Source: Edaphobacter aggregans (lineage in GTDB: Bacteria > Acidobacteriota > Terriglobia > Terriglobales > Acidobacteriaceae). From it: a stretch of 32,000 nt of DNA. Location of the stretch: the NCBI RefSeq assembly GCF_003945235.1, contig NZ_RSDW01000001.1:960001-992000 (forward strand), given 5' to 3'. Positions 8,701 through 17,190 of the stretch are shown here, in pieces. The stretch's first letter is position 1. Each line of letters begins with the position of its first letter. The notes under the pieces are model-generated. The model did not search any database. It was not told the origin of the DNA and saw nothing but the letters and a program-made list of their open reading frames with translations. Both the position numbers and the translations under genes were made by a program.

Positions 8701-9909
8701 ATGTCCAAGCTGTCCATCCGCGATCTAGACCTCACCGACAAGCGCGTTCTCATCCGAGTCGACTTCAACGTCCCCATCAAGGATGGTGAGATCACCGACG
8801 ACACCCGCATCCGTGAGACCCTCCCCACCATCGAGTACGCTCTCCGCCGCAACGCCAAAGTCATCCTCTGCTCGCACCTCGGCCGTCCCAAGGGCAAGCC
8901 CGTCGCGACCATGAGCCTCCGTCCCATCGTCGATCACCTCCGTCACCTCCTCGACCACATCCTCGACGAAGACGAAAACGTAGCCTTCTCCCCCGACTGC
9001 GTAGGCGAGATCGCCACCGAGATGGCCAACAACCTCGAGTCCCGCCAGACCCTCCTCCTCGAAAACCTCCGCTTCCACCCCGAAGAAGAAGCCAACGACC
9101 CCGCCTTCGCCAAACAGCTCGCCTCGCTCTGCGATATCTACATCAACGATGCCTTTGGCAGCGCCCACCGCGCCCACGCCTCCACCGAAGGCATCACCCA
9201 CTTCGTCAAAGTCTCCGCCGCCGGCCTCCTCATGGAGAAAGAGCTCACCTACCTCGGCAAAGCTCTCAGCGAACCCGACAAGCCCTTCGTCGCCATCATC
9301 GGAGGAGCCAAAGTCTCCGACAAGATTCAGGTCATCGACAACCTCCTCGACAAAGCCGACGCCATCATCATTGGTGGAGGCATGGCTTACACCTTCCTCA
9401 ACGCACAGGGCCAGCACACTGGCAAATCTCTCGTCGAAACCGACAAGATCGACATAGCCAAAGCAGCCCTCGCCAAGGCCAAAGCCAAAGGCGTCCGCTT
9501 CCTTCTCCCCATCGACCACGTCCTCGCCGACGAGTTCGCCCCCGACGCGAACACTAAGATCTTCTCCGGTCACGGCGCATTCCCCGCAGAACTCATGGCC
9601 CTCGATATCGGCCCCAAATCCATCGCCCTCTTCGAAGACGAGATCGCCGACGCCCGCACCATCATCTGGAACGGCCCCATGGGCGTCTTCGAAATGCCCG
9701 CCTTCGCCTACGGCACCAACGCCATCGCCCACGCAGTAGCTCGCAACCGCGACGCCACCACCATCGTAGGCGGCGGAGACTCAGTTGCCGCAGTCCAGCA
9801 ATCCGGCGTAGCCGACCGCATCACCCACATCTCCACCGGAGGAGGAGCCAGCCTGGAATTCCTCGAAGGCAAAACCCTCCCCGGCGTAGCCGCATTAACA
9901 GACAAGTAG
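8701..9909 (+). CDS. pgk: phosphoglycerate kinase
   Basis: KRVLIRVDFNVP N-terminus, SHLGRPKG, and GGGDS..TGGGASLEFLEGK at the C-terminus. Confidence 0.97.
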   Translation: MSKLSIRDLDLTDKRVLIRVDFNVPIKDGEITDDTRIRETLPTIEYALRRNAKVILCSHLGRPKGKPVATMSLRPIVDHLRHLLDHILDEDENVAFSPDCVGEIATEMANNLESRQTLLLENLRFHPEEEANDPAFAKQLASLCDIYINDAFGSAHRAHASTEGITHFVKVSAAGLLMEKELTYLGKALSEPDKPFVAIIGGAKVSDKIQVIDNLLDKADAIIIGGGMAYTFLNAQGQHTGKSLVETDKIDIAKAALAKAKAKGVRFLLPIDHVLADEFAPDANTKIFSGHGAFPAELMALDIGPKSIALFEDEIADARTIIWNGPMGVFEMPAFAYGTNAIAHAVARNRDATTIVGGGDSVAAVQQSGVADRITHISTGGGASLEFLEGKTLPGVAALTDK

Positions 9910-9916
9910 AACAAGC

Positions 9917-9986
9917 CCGAGACCCGAGACCTGATACCCAATACCTAATACCCGATACCTGATACCTGATACCTGATACCCAAAAT
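9917..9986. repeat. heptanucleotide tandem array, 10 units, consensus CYGATAC
   Basis: Read directly: ccgagac ccgagac ctgatac ccaatac ctaatac ccgatac ctgatac ctgatac ctgatac ccaaaat. Confidence 0.9.
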
Positions 9987-10011
9987 CCGCCGGACACTCA
10001 AATCCGGCGGA
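9986..10011. terminator. hairpin between convergent pgk and the four-helix-bundle gene (possible bidirectional terminator)
   Basis: Perfect 9-bp stem TCCGCCGGA (9986-9994) / TCCGGCGGA (10003-10011) with an 8-nt loop. There is no clear U-tract, and it overlaps the last codons of the minus-strand ORF. Confidence 0.45.
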
Positions 10012-10345
10012 CAAACCCACTAAGCATCTTCTTCACAACAATCACGTCCTCACTCAATCTTGTAAATTCGGCCTCTGGCAGATATTCAAGGTCTCGCGCA
10101 AGCAAGAGTAGATACTCCAGTTCAGAAGCCGCAGCCTTCGATCGCTGAAGATACCCGCCGAACTCCACATCGCTGTCGACCCCGCAACCCTCTGCAATCC
10201 TCGTCGCTACAGCAGTCCCAGCTCTTCGAAGTTGGACCGTTAATCCAAATATCTCTTCCTTCGGCAATCGCTTTGTAGCACGATACACAGCCTGAACCAA
10301 CTCATGCGCTCTGCGCCAAACATCAAGCTCACGAAAATTCCTCAC
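9998..10345 (-). CDS. four-helix-bundle protein (23S rRNA intervening-sequence protein / Avd-like family)
   Basis: The N-terminus RNFRELDVWRRAHELVQAVYRATKRLPKEE..FGLTVQLRRAGTAVATRIAEG is the hallmark of this family. GTG start with AAGGAG 5 nt upstream. Confidence 0.85.
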   Translation of the reverse strand: MRNFRELDVWRRAHELVQAVYRATKRLPKEEIFGLTVQLRRAGTAVATRIAEGCGVDSDVEFGGYLQRSKAAASELEYLLLLARDLEYLPEAEFTRLSEDVIVVKKMLSGFVRRI

Positions 10346-10455
10346 TCGTACTCCTTCTCCGCAGTTATCTCTGATCGAGAAAATTCCTTACCGGCCACAA
10401 GAAGACTAATCCACTGGTAGAGCATCTCTTCGAAAGAGGAATACTGGTCCCTATC

Positions 10456-10698
10456 ATGCGCAAACCCCTTATCGCCGCAGTCGCCTTCATCGTGTCCGCC
10501 ATCTTCGCTCCGGTCTTGCTGTTGATTATTGTCATGTTGATCGGCTACGTATGGATGGCTCTTGCTCAACACAACCAGTCAGGGCTCGGTGCCGTAGCCG
10601 GTGGCATCTCGGAGGCTGCCGTACTTCTTGTGCCTATCCTCTGCGGCATCATCGGCACGCTCATCGTGCTCCACCGACTCGACCGTCGAGAGCCGTAG
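10456..10698 (+). CDS. small 2-TM membrane protein whose RBS and first 8 codons duplicate the tpiA start
   Basis: MRKPLIAA is followed by two clear hydrophobic helices. C3-rich codons resemble neighbouring plus-strand genes. No homolog recognised. Confidence 0.5.
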   Translation: MRKPLIAAVAFIVSAIFAPVLLLIIVMLIGYVWMALAQHNQSGLGAVAGGISEAAVLLVPILCGIIGTLIVLHRLDRREP

Positions 10699-10750
10699 CC
10701 CCAGGCGGTCTCTTCACAGCCCCGTTCGAAAATGGAATACTGATCCCCAC

Positions 10751-11509
10751 ATGCGCAAACCACTAATCGCCGCCAACTGGAAGATGTACAAGAACCCCAC
10801 CGAGTCCACCGCCTTCCTCACCCACTTCGCCCCGCTCATCAAGCATCACGACAAAGCCGAGATCGTCCTGTGCCCTTCGATGACCTCCCTCCCCGCGCTC
10901 GTAGATGCGGCCCGCGGTAAATCCATCTTCGTCGGCGCTCAGACCATGCACTGGCTCAACGAAGGCGCCTACACCGGCGAAACCTCCCCCACCATGCTCA
11001 CCGCCATCGGAGCCACCCACGTCCTCATCGGCCACTCCGAACGCCGCCAGTACTTCAACGAGACCGACACCACCGTCAACCTCAAACTCAAAGCCGCCCT
11101 CGCCCACGGCCTCATTCCCATCGTCTGCGTAGGTGAGCATCTCACCGAGCGCGAAGCCGGCCTCACCGCCAACGTCCTGGAACTACAGACCTCCCTGGCT
11201 CTCGAAGGAGTCGACCCCGCCGCGGCAGCACCTATCGTCTTTGCCTACGAGCCCGTCTGGGCAATCGGCACCGGCCGCACCGCCACCCCCGAGATCGCCG
11301 CAGACGCCCACAAGATCATCCGCGCCCAGATCGCCAAATCTCTCACACCTGAGCTGGCCGCTTCCATCCGAATCCTCTACGGCGGCTCCGTCAAACCCGA
11401 CAACGCACAGAGCCTCTGCTGCCTCGAAGACATCGACGGTGCACTCGTAGGAGGAGCCAGCCTCGACCCCACCTCCTTCGCCCAGATCGTCACCAACGCC
11501 ACCAACTAA
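10751..11509 (+). CDS. tpiA: triose-phosphate isomerase
   Basis: MRKPLIAANWKMYK, IGHSERRQYF, VCVGE, AYEPVWAIGTG. The track ORF starting at 10601 is an upstream extension overlapping the small ORF and is rejected. Confidence 0.95.
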   Translation: MRKPLIAANWKMYKNPTESTAFLTHFAPLIKHHDKAEIVLCPSMTSLPALVDAARGKSIFVGAQTMHWLNEGAYTGETSPTMLTAIGATHVLIGHSERRQYFNETDTTVNLKLKAALAHGLIPIVCVGEHLTEREAGLTANVLELQTSLALEGVDPAAAAPIVFAYEPVWAIGTGRTATPEIAADAHKIIRAQIAKSLTPELAASIRILYGGSVKPDNAQSLCCLEDIDGALVGGASLDPTSFAQIVTNATN

Positions 11510-11524
11510 ACCTCTGCCACAAAG

Positions 11525-11554
11525 GAAGGCCCGCCATCTTCAAGGCGGGCCTTC
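11525..11554 (+). terminator. stem-loop after tpiA
   Basis: Perfect 11-bp stem GAAGGCCCGCC / GGCGGGCCTTC with an 8-nt loop. The U-tract is weak. Confidence 0.55.
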
Positions 11555-11589
11555 AGTACGGCGCTCCGGAGTCATCCGCGTTCTCTATT

Positions 11590-11784
11590 CCGCAGCCAGA
11601 ATTTTCCACAGAAAAATTTTAAAAAGTGGCATTTTTCGAGTGCTAAAAAAGCGACCTCCAAAAAACCACGTTTCACCACCAATCCACCGCTAATTCACCA
11701 CCAAAAACCATCAGCAAGACACAGTTTTTCGCGAAAACACCCCAAAAAACACCTATTCACAACACCAAAAAACTGCGGGAAAAC
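11590..11784 (-). repeat. copy A of a ~190-nt intergenic repeat family (inverted relative to copy B)
   Basis: The reverse complement aligns along its length with 25287-25473. Shared blocks are ttctgtggaaa, cgaaaaa(c)t(t)gccac, ggtSaatWagcgg, gttttSgc(g)aaaaac and cggtaRKtttt. I counted about 58/90 identities in the central part by hand. Stop codons occur in all frames. Confidence 0.6.
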
Positions 11785-12363
11785 CTACCGCACCACCCCA
11801 ACCTGCTCCATCGGCCAATAAACAAAAGCCGCCTTCCCATAGATCAAATCCTGATCTACCGGCCCGAAATCACGACTATCACTCGAAATCGAACGATGGT
11901 CTCCCATCACAAAATACTCATGATCCGGCACCATCATCTCCGTTTGCGAGCGATCATCCTCAAACCGCGCCGGAACATATTTCTCCTCAATCGCCTTGCC
12001 ATTCACATAAACCTGCCCGCGATCGATCCGAAGATTATCCCCCGGCAACGCAATCACCCGCTTGATATAGCTCTTCGTGTGGTCATGCGGATAAAGAAAC
12101 ACCACCACATCCCCACGATGAATGTCCCCTACCTTGTAAGCCATCTTGTTGATGAACAGTCGGTCCTGATCCTCCAGCATCGGCAGCATACTCGTGCCTT
12201 CCACCCGCACTGGTTGGTAGAGAAAAACGATGATAAACGCCGACACCACCACCGAAACTACAAGATCCCGAAGCCACGAACGCACACCACCCTTATCCGC
12301 AGCCACCGGCTTCTTCTCAGACTCTGATACCGGCTCCTGCGTCTTCTGCTCGTCCATCTCCAC
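11785..12363 (-). CDS. lepB: signal peptidase I
   Basis: GTSMLPML (catalytic Ser box), YIKRVIALPGD (Lys box) and GDHRSISSDSRDFGPV. The start is GTG 12363 or ATG 12357. Confidence 0.92.
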   Translation of the reverse strand: MEMDEQKTQEPVSESEKKPVAADKGGVRSWLRDLVVSVVVSAFIIVFLYQPVRVEGTSMLPMLEDQDRLFINKMAYKVGDIHRGDVVVFLYPHDHTKSYIKRVIALPGDNLRIDRGQVYVNGKAIEEKYVPARFEDDRSQTEMMVPDHEYFVMGDHRSISSDSRDFGPVDQDLIYGKAAFVYWPMEQVGVVR

Positions 12364-12380
12364 GTCCTATTCCTCACCCA

Positions 12381-13424
12381 TTATTTAGACGCACCAGCCG
12401 CCTCACTGGCAACCGGCCCCGCCAAACCCAACCCAGGAATTAGTGTCTTCCCATCCAGCCCCGCCGGCGACCACGCCTCAACAATCGTCTTCGCCAGCCG
12501 CCCAATCAACACTTCTCCTTCATTATCAACCGTCCAGCTCTTATCCTCATTATCAAAAGTAAAAATCGACAGCACCATTGGCCCCGTCTTTCCCGCGACA
12601 ATCGCCACATCGGCTCGTACCGCGTTCAAACTACCCGTCTTACTGGCTATTCCCGATCCCGTCTCGCTAGAATCCAGCTTCTCCAAATACCGCGGAATCG
12701 TCTCCCGATAGAACTGATTCCGGAGCATCTTCAGCGCGACCTCACAGATTGCCGCATCCCCCGCAAGCATCGGCTCTCCCCGCTCCGCCAGTTGACACCG
12801 CCCAATCCGCTCCATCACCATCGCCATCTCTCGAGCAGTCGTCTTACCCAACCCAAACTTTGGCTGATCCGCAGGCATCGGTCCCGTAGCTGGCTTGCCG
12901 ATCTTCTTATACAGATGAGTATCCTTCAACCCCATCCACGCGATTCGCGCATTCACGGCATCCACCCCAAACCGGTCGATCGCCAAATTCGTAGCCGTGT
13001 TGTCGCTCACAATGACCATCATGGTCAGCACATCCTTCAGCGTCAACATCAGCGGAGTATCAAAAAACGTCAGCACCCCCGACCCGCTCACACCATCACC
13101 CTTGACCAGCGTAAGCTTCTCGTCCCACCGAGCTTTACCCGCCCGCACCTGCTCCATCGCTTCAAACAGAATCGTCAGCTTGATCACCGAAGCCGTCTGC
13201 ACCGGCCTGTCCGCATCGATCGCCACACTCTTGCCCGTGTTCAACTGTGTCGCATAAAGAGCCACTTTGCCATGGTGCTTCTCAACCAACGCAGCCAATT
13301 CCTGCTGTAATCCGGCATCGGCCACACCCGTCTGCTGAGCCCACGCTCCCCCAACGATCAACCCGAACAAGACGACACCCGCCGTCATAGCCCACCCAAC
13401 AAACCTGAATCTCATGTCATGCAT
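12381..13424 (-). CDS. class A beta-lactamase-related serine hydrolase, secreted
   Basis: Signal peptide, then the SxxK motif TASVIK, the SDN motif (VSDNTA) and the KTG motif (SKTGSL). Confidence 0.85.
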   Translation of the reverse strand: MHDMRFRFVGWAMTAGVVLFGLIVGGAWAQQTGVADAGLQQELAALVEKHHGKVALYATQLNTGKSVAIDADRPVQTASVIKLTILFEAMEQVRAGKARWDEKLTLVKGDGVSGSGVLTFFDTPLMLTLKDVLTMMVIVSDNTATNLAIDRFGVDAVNARIAWMGLKDTHLYKKIGKPATGPMPADQPKFGLGKTTAREMAMVMERIGRCQLAERGEPMLAGDAAICEVALKMLRNQFYRETIPRYLEKLDSSETGSGIASKTGSLNAVRADVAIVAGKTGPMVLSIFTFDNEDKSWTVDNEGEVLIGRLAKTIVEAWSPAGLDGKTLIPGLGLAGPVASEAAGASK

Positions 13425-13626
13425 CTTACAGGCGCTCTTCTATCGACGGTCAGTCAAACATTGAACCTCATCCGGCGTACAAAATCGACCTGCCTTAAAT
13501 TCGTATCGACAAGTATTTCAAAGTGAGGTATCCACTCCAATTCTGCTCAGTCAACATCAATGTTTTCTTTCCGCATCTAACAGCGATAGGACTAGAATTG
13601 CACATGTAGTGCAGCAGGATCTTCAT

Positions 13627-14598
13627 ATGGCAACCCTCACAATGATCGAGCAGGTCTCAACACCAAAACACGTCAGCAATCGAGGTCTGTCCGACCTCCA
13701 GGAACTCACCACCGAGACGGCAAACGCCGCCTCCGAAGGCCTCGATACCAAGTCTGCCATCGAGATCGCCCGCATCATCAGCCACGAAGACGCCAAGGTC
13801 GCCGCCGCCGTTAAGAAGGCGCTCCCCGAAATAGCCATCGTTATCGACACCGTCGCCCGATCCCTCCGTGATGGTGGCCGTCTCATCTACGTGGGCGCCG
13901 GCTCCAGCGGGCGCATCGCATCCCTCGACGCCTCCGAGTGTCCCCCGACCTTCTCCACCGCCCCCGCACAGGTTCAATACATCATGGCCGGCGGCCCCAA
14001 GGCACTTGCCTCCGCATCTGACGTCAACGAAGACTCCCCCGAACTCGGCCAGCGCGACATCGCACGACGGCGCCCCACCCGCAAAGACATCGTCATCGGC
14101 GTCTCCGCCAGCGGTCGCACCCCTTACGTCGTCGGCGCAGTCGAGTACGCACGCGCCCGTGGAGCCAAAACCGCCGCCGTCACCTGCAACCTCAACACCC
14201 CACTCGCTGACGTCTCCGACACAACCATCATCGCCGAGGTCGGCCCCGAGGTCATCTCCGGCAGCACACGCATGAAGTCCGCCAGCGCACAGAAGATGAT
14301 CCTCAACATGATCACCACCGGCGCCATGACTCGTCTCGGCTACGTTTACGACAACCTCATGGTCAACGTGCACATGAAGAACGCGAAGCTCGTCGAGCGC
14401 GGCATCCGTGTCCTCATGAAGGTCTGCGACATCGACCGCGACACCGCCATTCGCACCATCAAGTCCGCGGGCAAATCCATTCCCATCGCTGTTGTCATGC
14501 TCAAGGCCAACGTAGACAAGATGGAAGCCGTCCGCCGTCTCGCCAAGTCCGACGGCAACGTCCGCCTCGCCATTGACGACTCCAGGTTAGAGCTGTAG
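13627..14598 (+). CDS. murQ: N-acetylmuramic acid 6-phosphate etherase
   Basis: SIS-domain protein with TETANAASEGLD, YVGAGSSGRIA, GVSASGRTPYV and SGSTRMKSASAQKMILNMITT. The alternative GTG start at 13609 would add 6 aa. Confidence 0.92.
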   Translation: MATLTMIEQVSTPKHVSNRGLSDLQELTTETANAASEGLDTKSAIEIARIISHEDAKVAAAVKKALPEIAIVIDTVARSLRDGGRLIYVGAGSSGRIASLDASECPPTFSTAPAQVQYIMAGGPKALASASDVNEDSPELGQRDIARRRPTRKDIVIGVSASGRTPYVVGAVEYARARGAKTAAVTCNLNTPLADVSDTTIIAEVGPEVISGSTRMKSASAQKMILNMITTGAMTRLGYVYDNLMVNVHMKNAKLVERGIRVLMKVCDIDRDTAIRTIKSAGKSIPIAVVMLKANVDKMEAVRRLAKSDGNVRLAIDDSRLEL

Positions 14599-14980
14599 TC
14601 AGTATCTACCCATTTTTGCTGAAGCCCGCACCTCTTTTGCCAGATTCGACCGTCTATAGGTAAGTACGACCGAGTCGCCCATGAAAATTCGTAACATCAC
14701 ATATCACGATCTCCGGACAATGTTCTCCGCTTGCGCCGCCTTGGCCGCAGTGCTCTTTTGCGACGAACGAAGACACTTCACTATCGTCCCTATGCATCCT
14801 TCATCCTGGCTCGTTGCGACACAGCATCGCTGTGGCCTGCTCGCGATCGCAATGTTAATGTGGTTCGTTTGTGAATCAACAGTCAACATCTGCCTCGGCA
14901 TCACTGCGCTAGGACCTCATCGCAGCTAATGAGCCACGCTTTCGGCTGAGAATCATCCGCGAATATAGAAGCAACACCAT

Positions 14981-16062
14981 TCATCCTGCACTCAGACGAA
15001 CTCGCAGAGACTCCGGCGACCGAAAACCCGCGCCGCCGCGCCATTCTACAGGCTCCACCAACGCCGCCCCGGCAAACCGCTTCAACAACGATAGGTAATC
15101 GTAACGGCCGCCATACGAATCAGACTCGCGCCTACGCACGAGTGTGAACCAGCGCCTAAGGCAAAGTGCCCTGTGCTCCTACGCGTGACGTAGATCTCAT
15201 TCGCGTCAAAAAAATAGTTCGGGTCACGCTTCGCCGCAATAATCCTTAAAATGACGCGGTCTCCCTTGCGAATAAGAGTCCCGTTGAGGGTCACATCCTC
15301 TGTCGCTCTTCGGAACAGGACCCGCACCAGTCCGGCATACCGTAGCAACTCCTCGACCGCCTGTTCCATCAGTTCAGGATGCCGGTGCAGCAAGAGCCAC
15401 TCTTTCGGACGTTGCATGAGCGCAAACCACGCGTTTCCCAGGATGCAGGACATAGTCTGCGACAAAGCGACGAACCCTGAATCACGCAAGGCCGCAGGTC
15501 CCGAATGAAAGCACTTCTGAAGCGCTGCATTGGCAGCCTTCGCACAAGGCTGTAAAGCCCTATCGTACGGATCGGCCGAAGCCACCGATATCCGCTGGGC
15601 TTTTTCCTGAAGACGTTCAGCATCCTGCAGAGAAATGCCTGTTACCGTCGCCGCGAACGAAAGACAAAGCGGTCGCGCATAATCTCCTATCAGATCTACC
15701 GTCTCTTTATTCCAAGACAATCAGCCAGAGCATGTACCTCCAGTGTTAGTCTCTCGCGCCACACACGCAGATGAGTTGGAGTAAACGCCTCCCAACGTGT
15801 CCACCCGCACCTTCAAGCGGACGCTTTCGTCGGACGGCTCAGAAGCCTCGTTATGAGGCCCGCATGGAGAAAGAACAGCAGACCGAAAAGCCGCCAGGAC
15901 ATCCGCATGCCTACTTAGCACACATGCTCCGAGGCCGCCATCAAAGTAAGGAGCCTCGATCTCCGGAGGACAAGCAGAGTCAAATTGATCGCTGCTCCAG
16001 GCAGGTATCGAAGCTTCCTCTCGTCTCGCCAGCACACGCCTCCCGACAAAGGTGAGGCTCAC
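14981..16062 (-). pseudogene. cytochrome P450, disrupted by an in-frame TGA and a frameshift
   Basis: ExxR (EELLRY) and the heme loop FALGAGSHSCVGASL are present. An in-frame TGA at 15721-15723 splits the two track ORFs. After ...AAVTITYRC* the expected C-terminus LSLLKRFAGAALVEPVEWRGGAGFRSPESLRVRLSAG* continues in another frame to 14981, placing the frameshift near 15085-15100. At about 360 codons the gene is short for a P450. Confidence 0.7.
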
Positions 16063-16655
16063 AGCATAGCCAATCGTTCAGCGCGGATTGTCAGCAACTT
16101 GTAACGTTCTGGTCATCCGCCGCCACTATCCGCCTTCCTGTCGTTGGCGACGACAAAAGGTCGTTCTTCATTCACATGACACACATTCTGAACGGCAGCT
16201 ATCGATGTGACTTCTTCAAACTCGCGAACCAGACGAACTACTCGATTCTTTCCCGCACGTCATCCCCGCTTGGAAAGGTCTGTGTGAGCCGATAGTTTCG
16301 GCTCACGTAAGCCTGAATGGGGGAATTGACGAGGGGCCCAAGTCTAAACCCAGCCATCACCTTCAATTCCCATCGTGGGCGGCTTCATCATCGGGCGGGA
16401 GTCCGGATTTCAATCCACCGACAAGACCGACGCAACATCTTCGACGCCGTTTCATCGCGACTAAGATGGGCTAATCGCGCCACCGCTTAGCGACGGCTAC
16501 TGCTAAGGTGAAATCCTCCGAAGTACCCTCCGCTCTTGTACCGGTGAATTGCAAAAATCTGCACATATCGCCCAACTGCAACATTCTCCAGGAAACCGCG
16601 TCTATTCCCTCAGAAAGCGGCGACGCAAACCGAGCCGCGACAAGGAGCAGCACTC

Positions 16656-17069
16656 ATGAAGCGAATTCTCCTCTCAGCATCTCTCGCTCTCGCCCTCTCT
16701 GGCGGCCTCGCCTTCGCCCAATCGGCCACAACCCCTGCCCCTGAGGGAAAGCACTTCCACCATCACCGTCCTAACGCCCAGCAAGAGGCCGCCTGGCTCA
16801 GCACAAAACTCAATCTCTCTTCCGACCAAACTGCAAAGCTCGAACCCATACTCGCCGACCGCGACCAAAAGATGAGCGCATTGTGGAGCAACACCTCACT
16901 CAGCCCGGACGAAAAGAAACAGCAGATGCGCACCCTTCATCAGGATCTCAAGCAGCAACTCTCCACAGTCCTCACACCCGACCAAATTGAACAGATGAAG
17001 TCCCTGCATCACGGCCGTCGCGGTCCGCACCATCCTCAATCCCAGACCGCCCCGCCTTCGGGCCTCTAA
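16656..17069 (+). CDS. periplasmic Spy/CpxP-family (LTXXQ-motif) protein
   Basis: Signal peptide MKRILLSASLALALSGGLAFA. LTXXQ-like repeats LSSDQTAKL and LTPDQIEQM. His-rich ends. AAGGAG RBS. Confidence 0.75.
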   Translation: MKRILLSASLALALSGGLAFAQSATTPAPEGKHFHHHRPNAQQEAAWLSTKLNLSSDQTAKLEPILADRDQKMSALWSNTSLSPDEKKQQMRTLHQDLKQQLSTVLTPDQIEQMKSLHHGRRGPHHPQSQTAPPSGL

Positions 17070-17190
17070 CGAAACAGGGCAACAGAAGAAGCTGTCAAGC
17101 CCCAAACCCCGTAAGCCTATGCTAATAAACGGGATCGACATGGCATATGAATTACCTCCAATTCAGTAGAATAGAAACAGAAGAAATAAA

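Noticed and set aside
8725-9732. 335-aa minus-strand ORF (G/V/E/D-rich) opposite pgk
   Set aside because: It is an antisense shadow of pgk and its glycine/valine-rich translation reflects the G-rich complement. The same reasoning applies to 13657-14373 (opposite murQ), 17608-18429 (opposite murA), 25424-26331 (two ORFs opposite nadK), 28401-29294 (opposite the phosphodiesterase) and 30299-31102 (opposite abfA).
9917-10011. Tandem repeats considered as a CRISPR array
   Set aside because: The units are 7 nt, contiguous and without spacers, and there are no cas genes. This is a microsatellite-like array, not CRISPR.
10601-10750. Upstream extension of tpiA in the track (302-aa ORF)
   Set aside because: TpiA homologs begin at MRKPLIAANWK (ATG 10751). 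The extension overlaps the small TM ORF in another frame and has no TIM-barrel content.
9998-10773. DGR interpretation: an Avd-like gene beside a repeat pair in which 4 of 6 mismatches have A in copy 2 and non-A in copy 1
   Set aside because: No reverse transcriptase is in the window. The repeat is only 47-48 bp and covers an RBS and start codon rather than the 3' end of a target gene. Six mismatches on an A/C-rich strand are too few to infer adenine-specific mutagenesis.
14681-14929. 82-aa plus-strand ORF downstream of murQ
   Set aside because: It has no RBS, atypical codon usage for plus-strand genes here and no recognisable motif. It lies in the eroded region next to the P450 pseudogene. 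Coding remains possible but unsupported.
15721-15723. In-frame TGA in the P450 as a possible selenocysteine or read-through codon
   Set aside because: The same gene also carries a frameshift and looks shortened. I saw no SECIS-like hairpin immediately downstream, and P450s are not known selenoproteins. A nonsense mutation, possibly from TGG, is the simpler reading.
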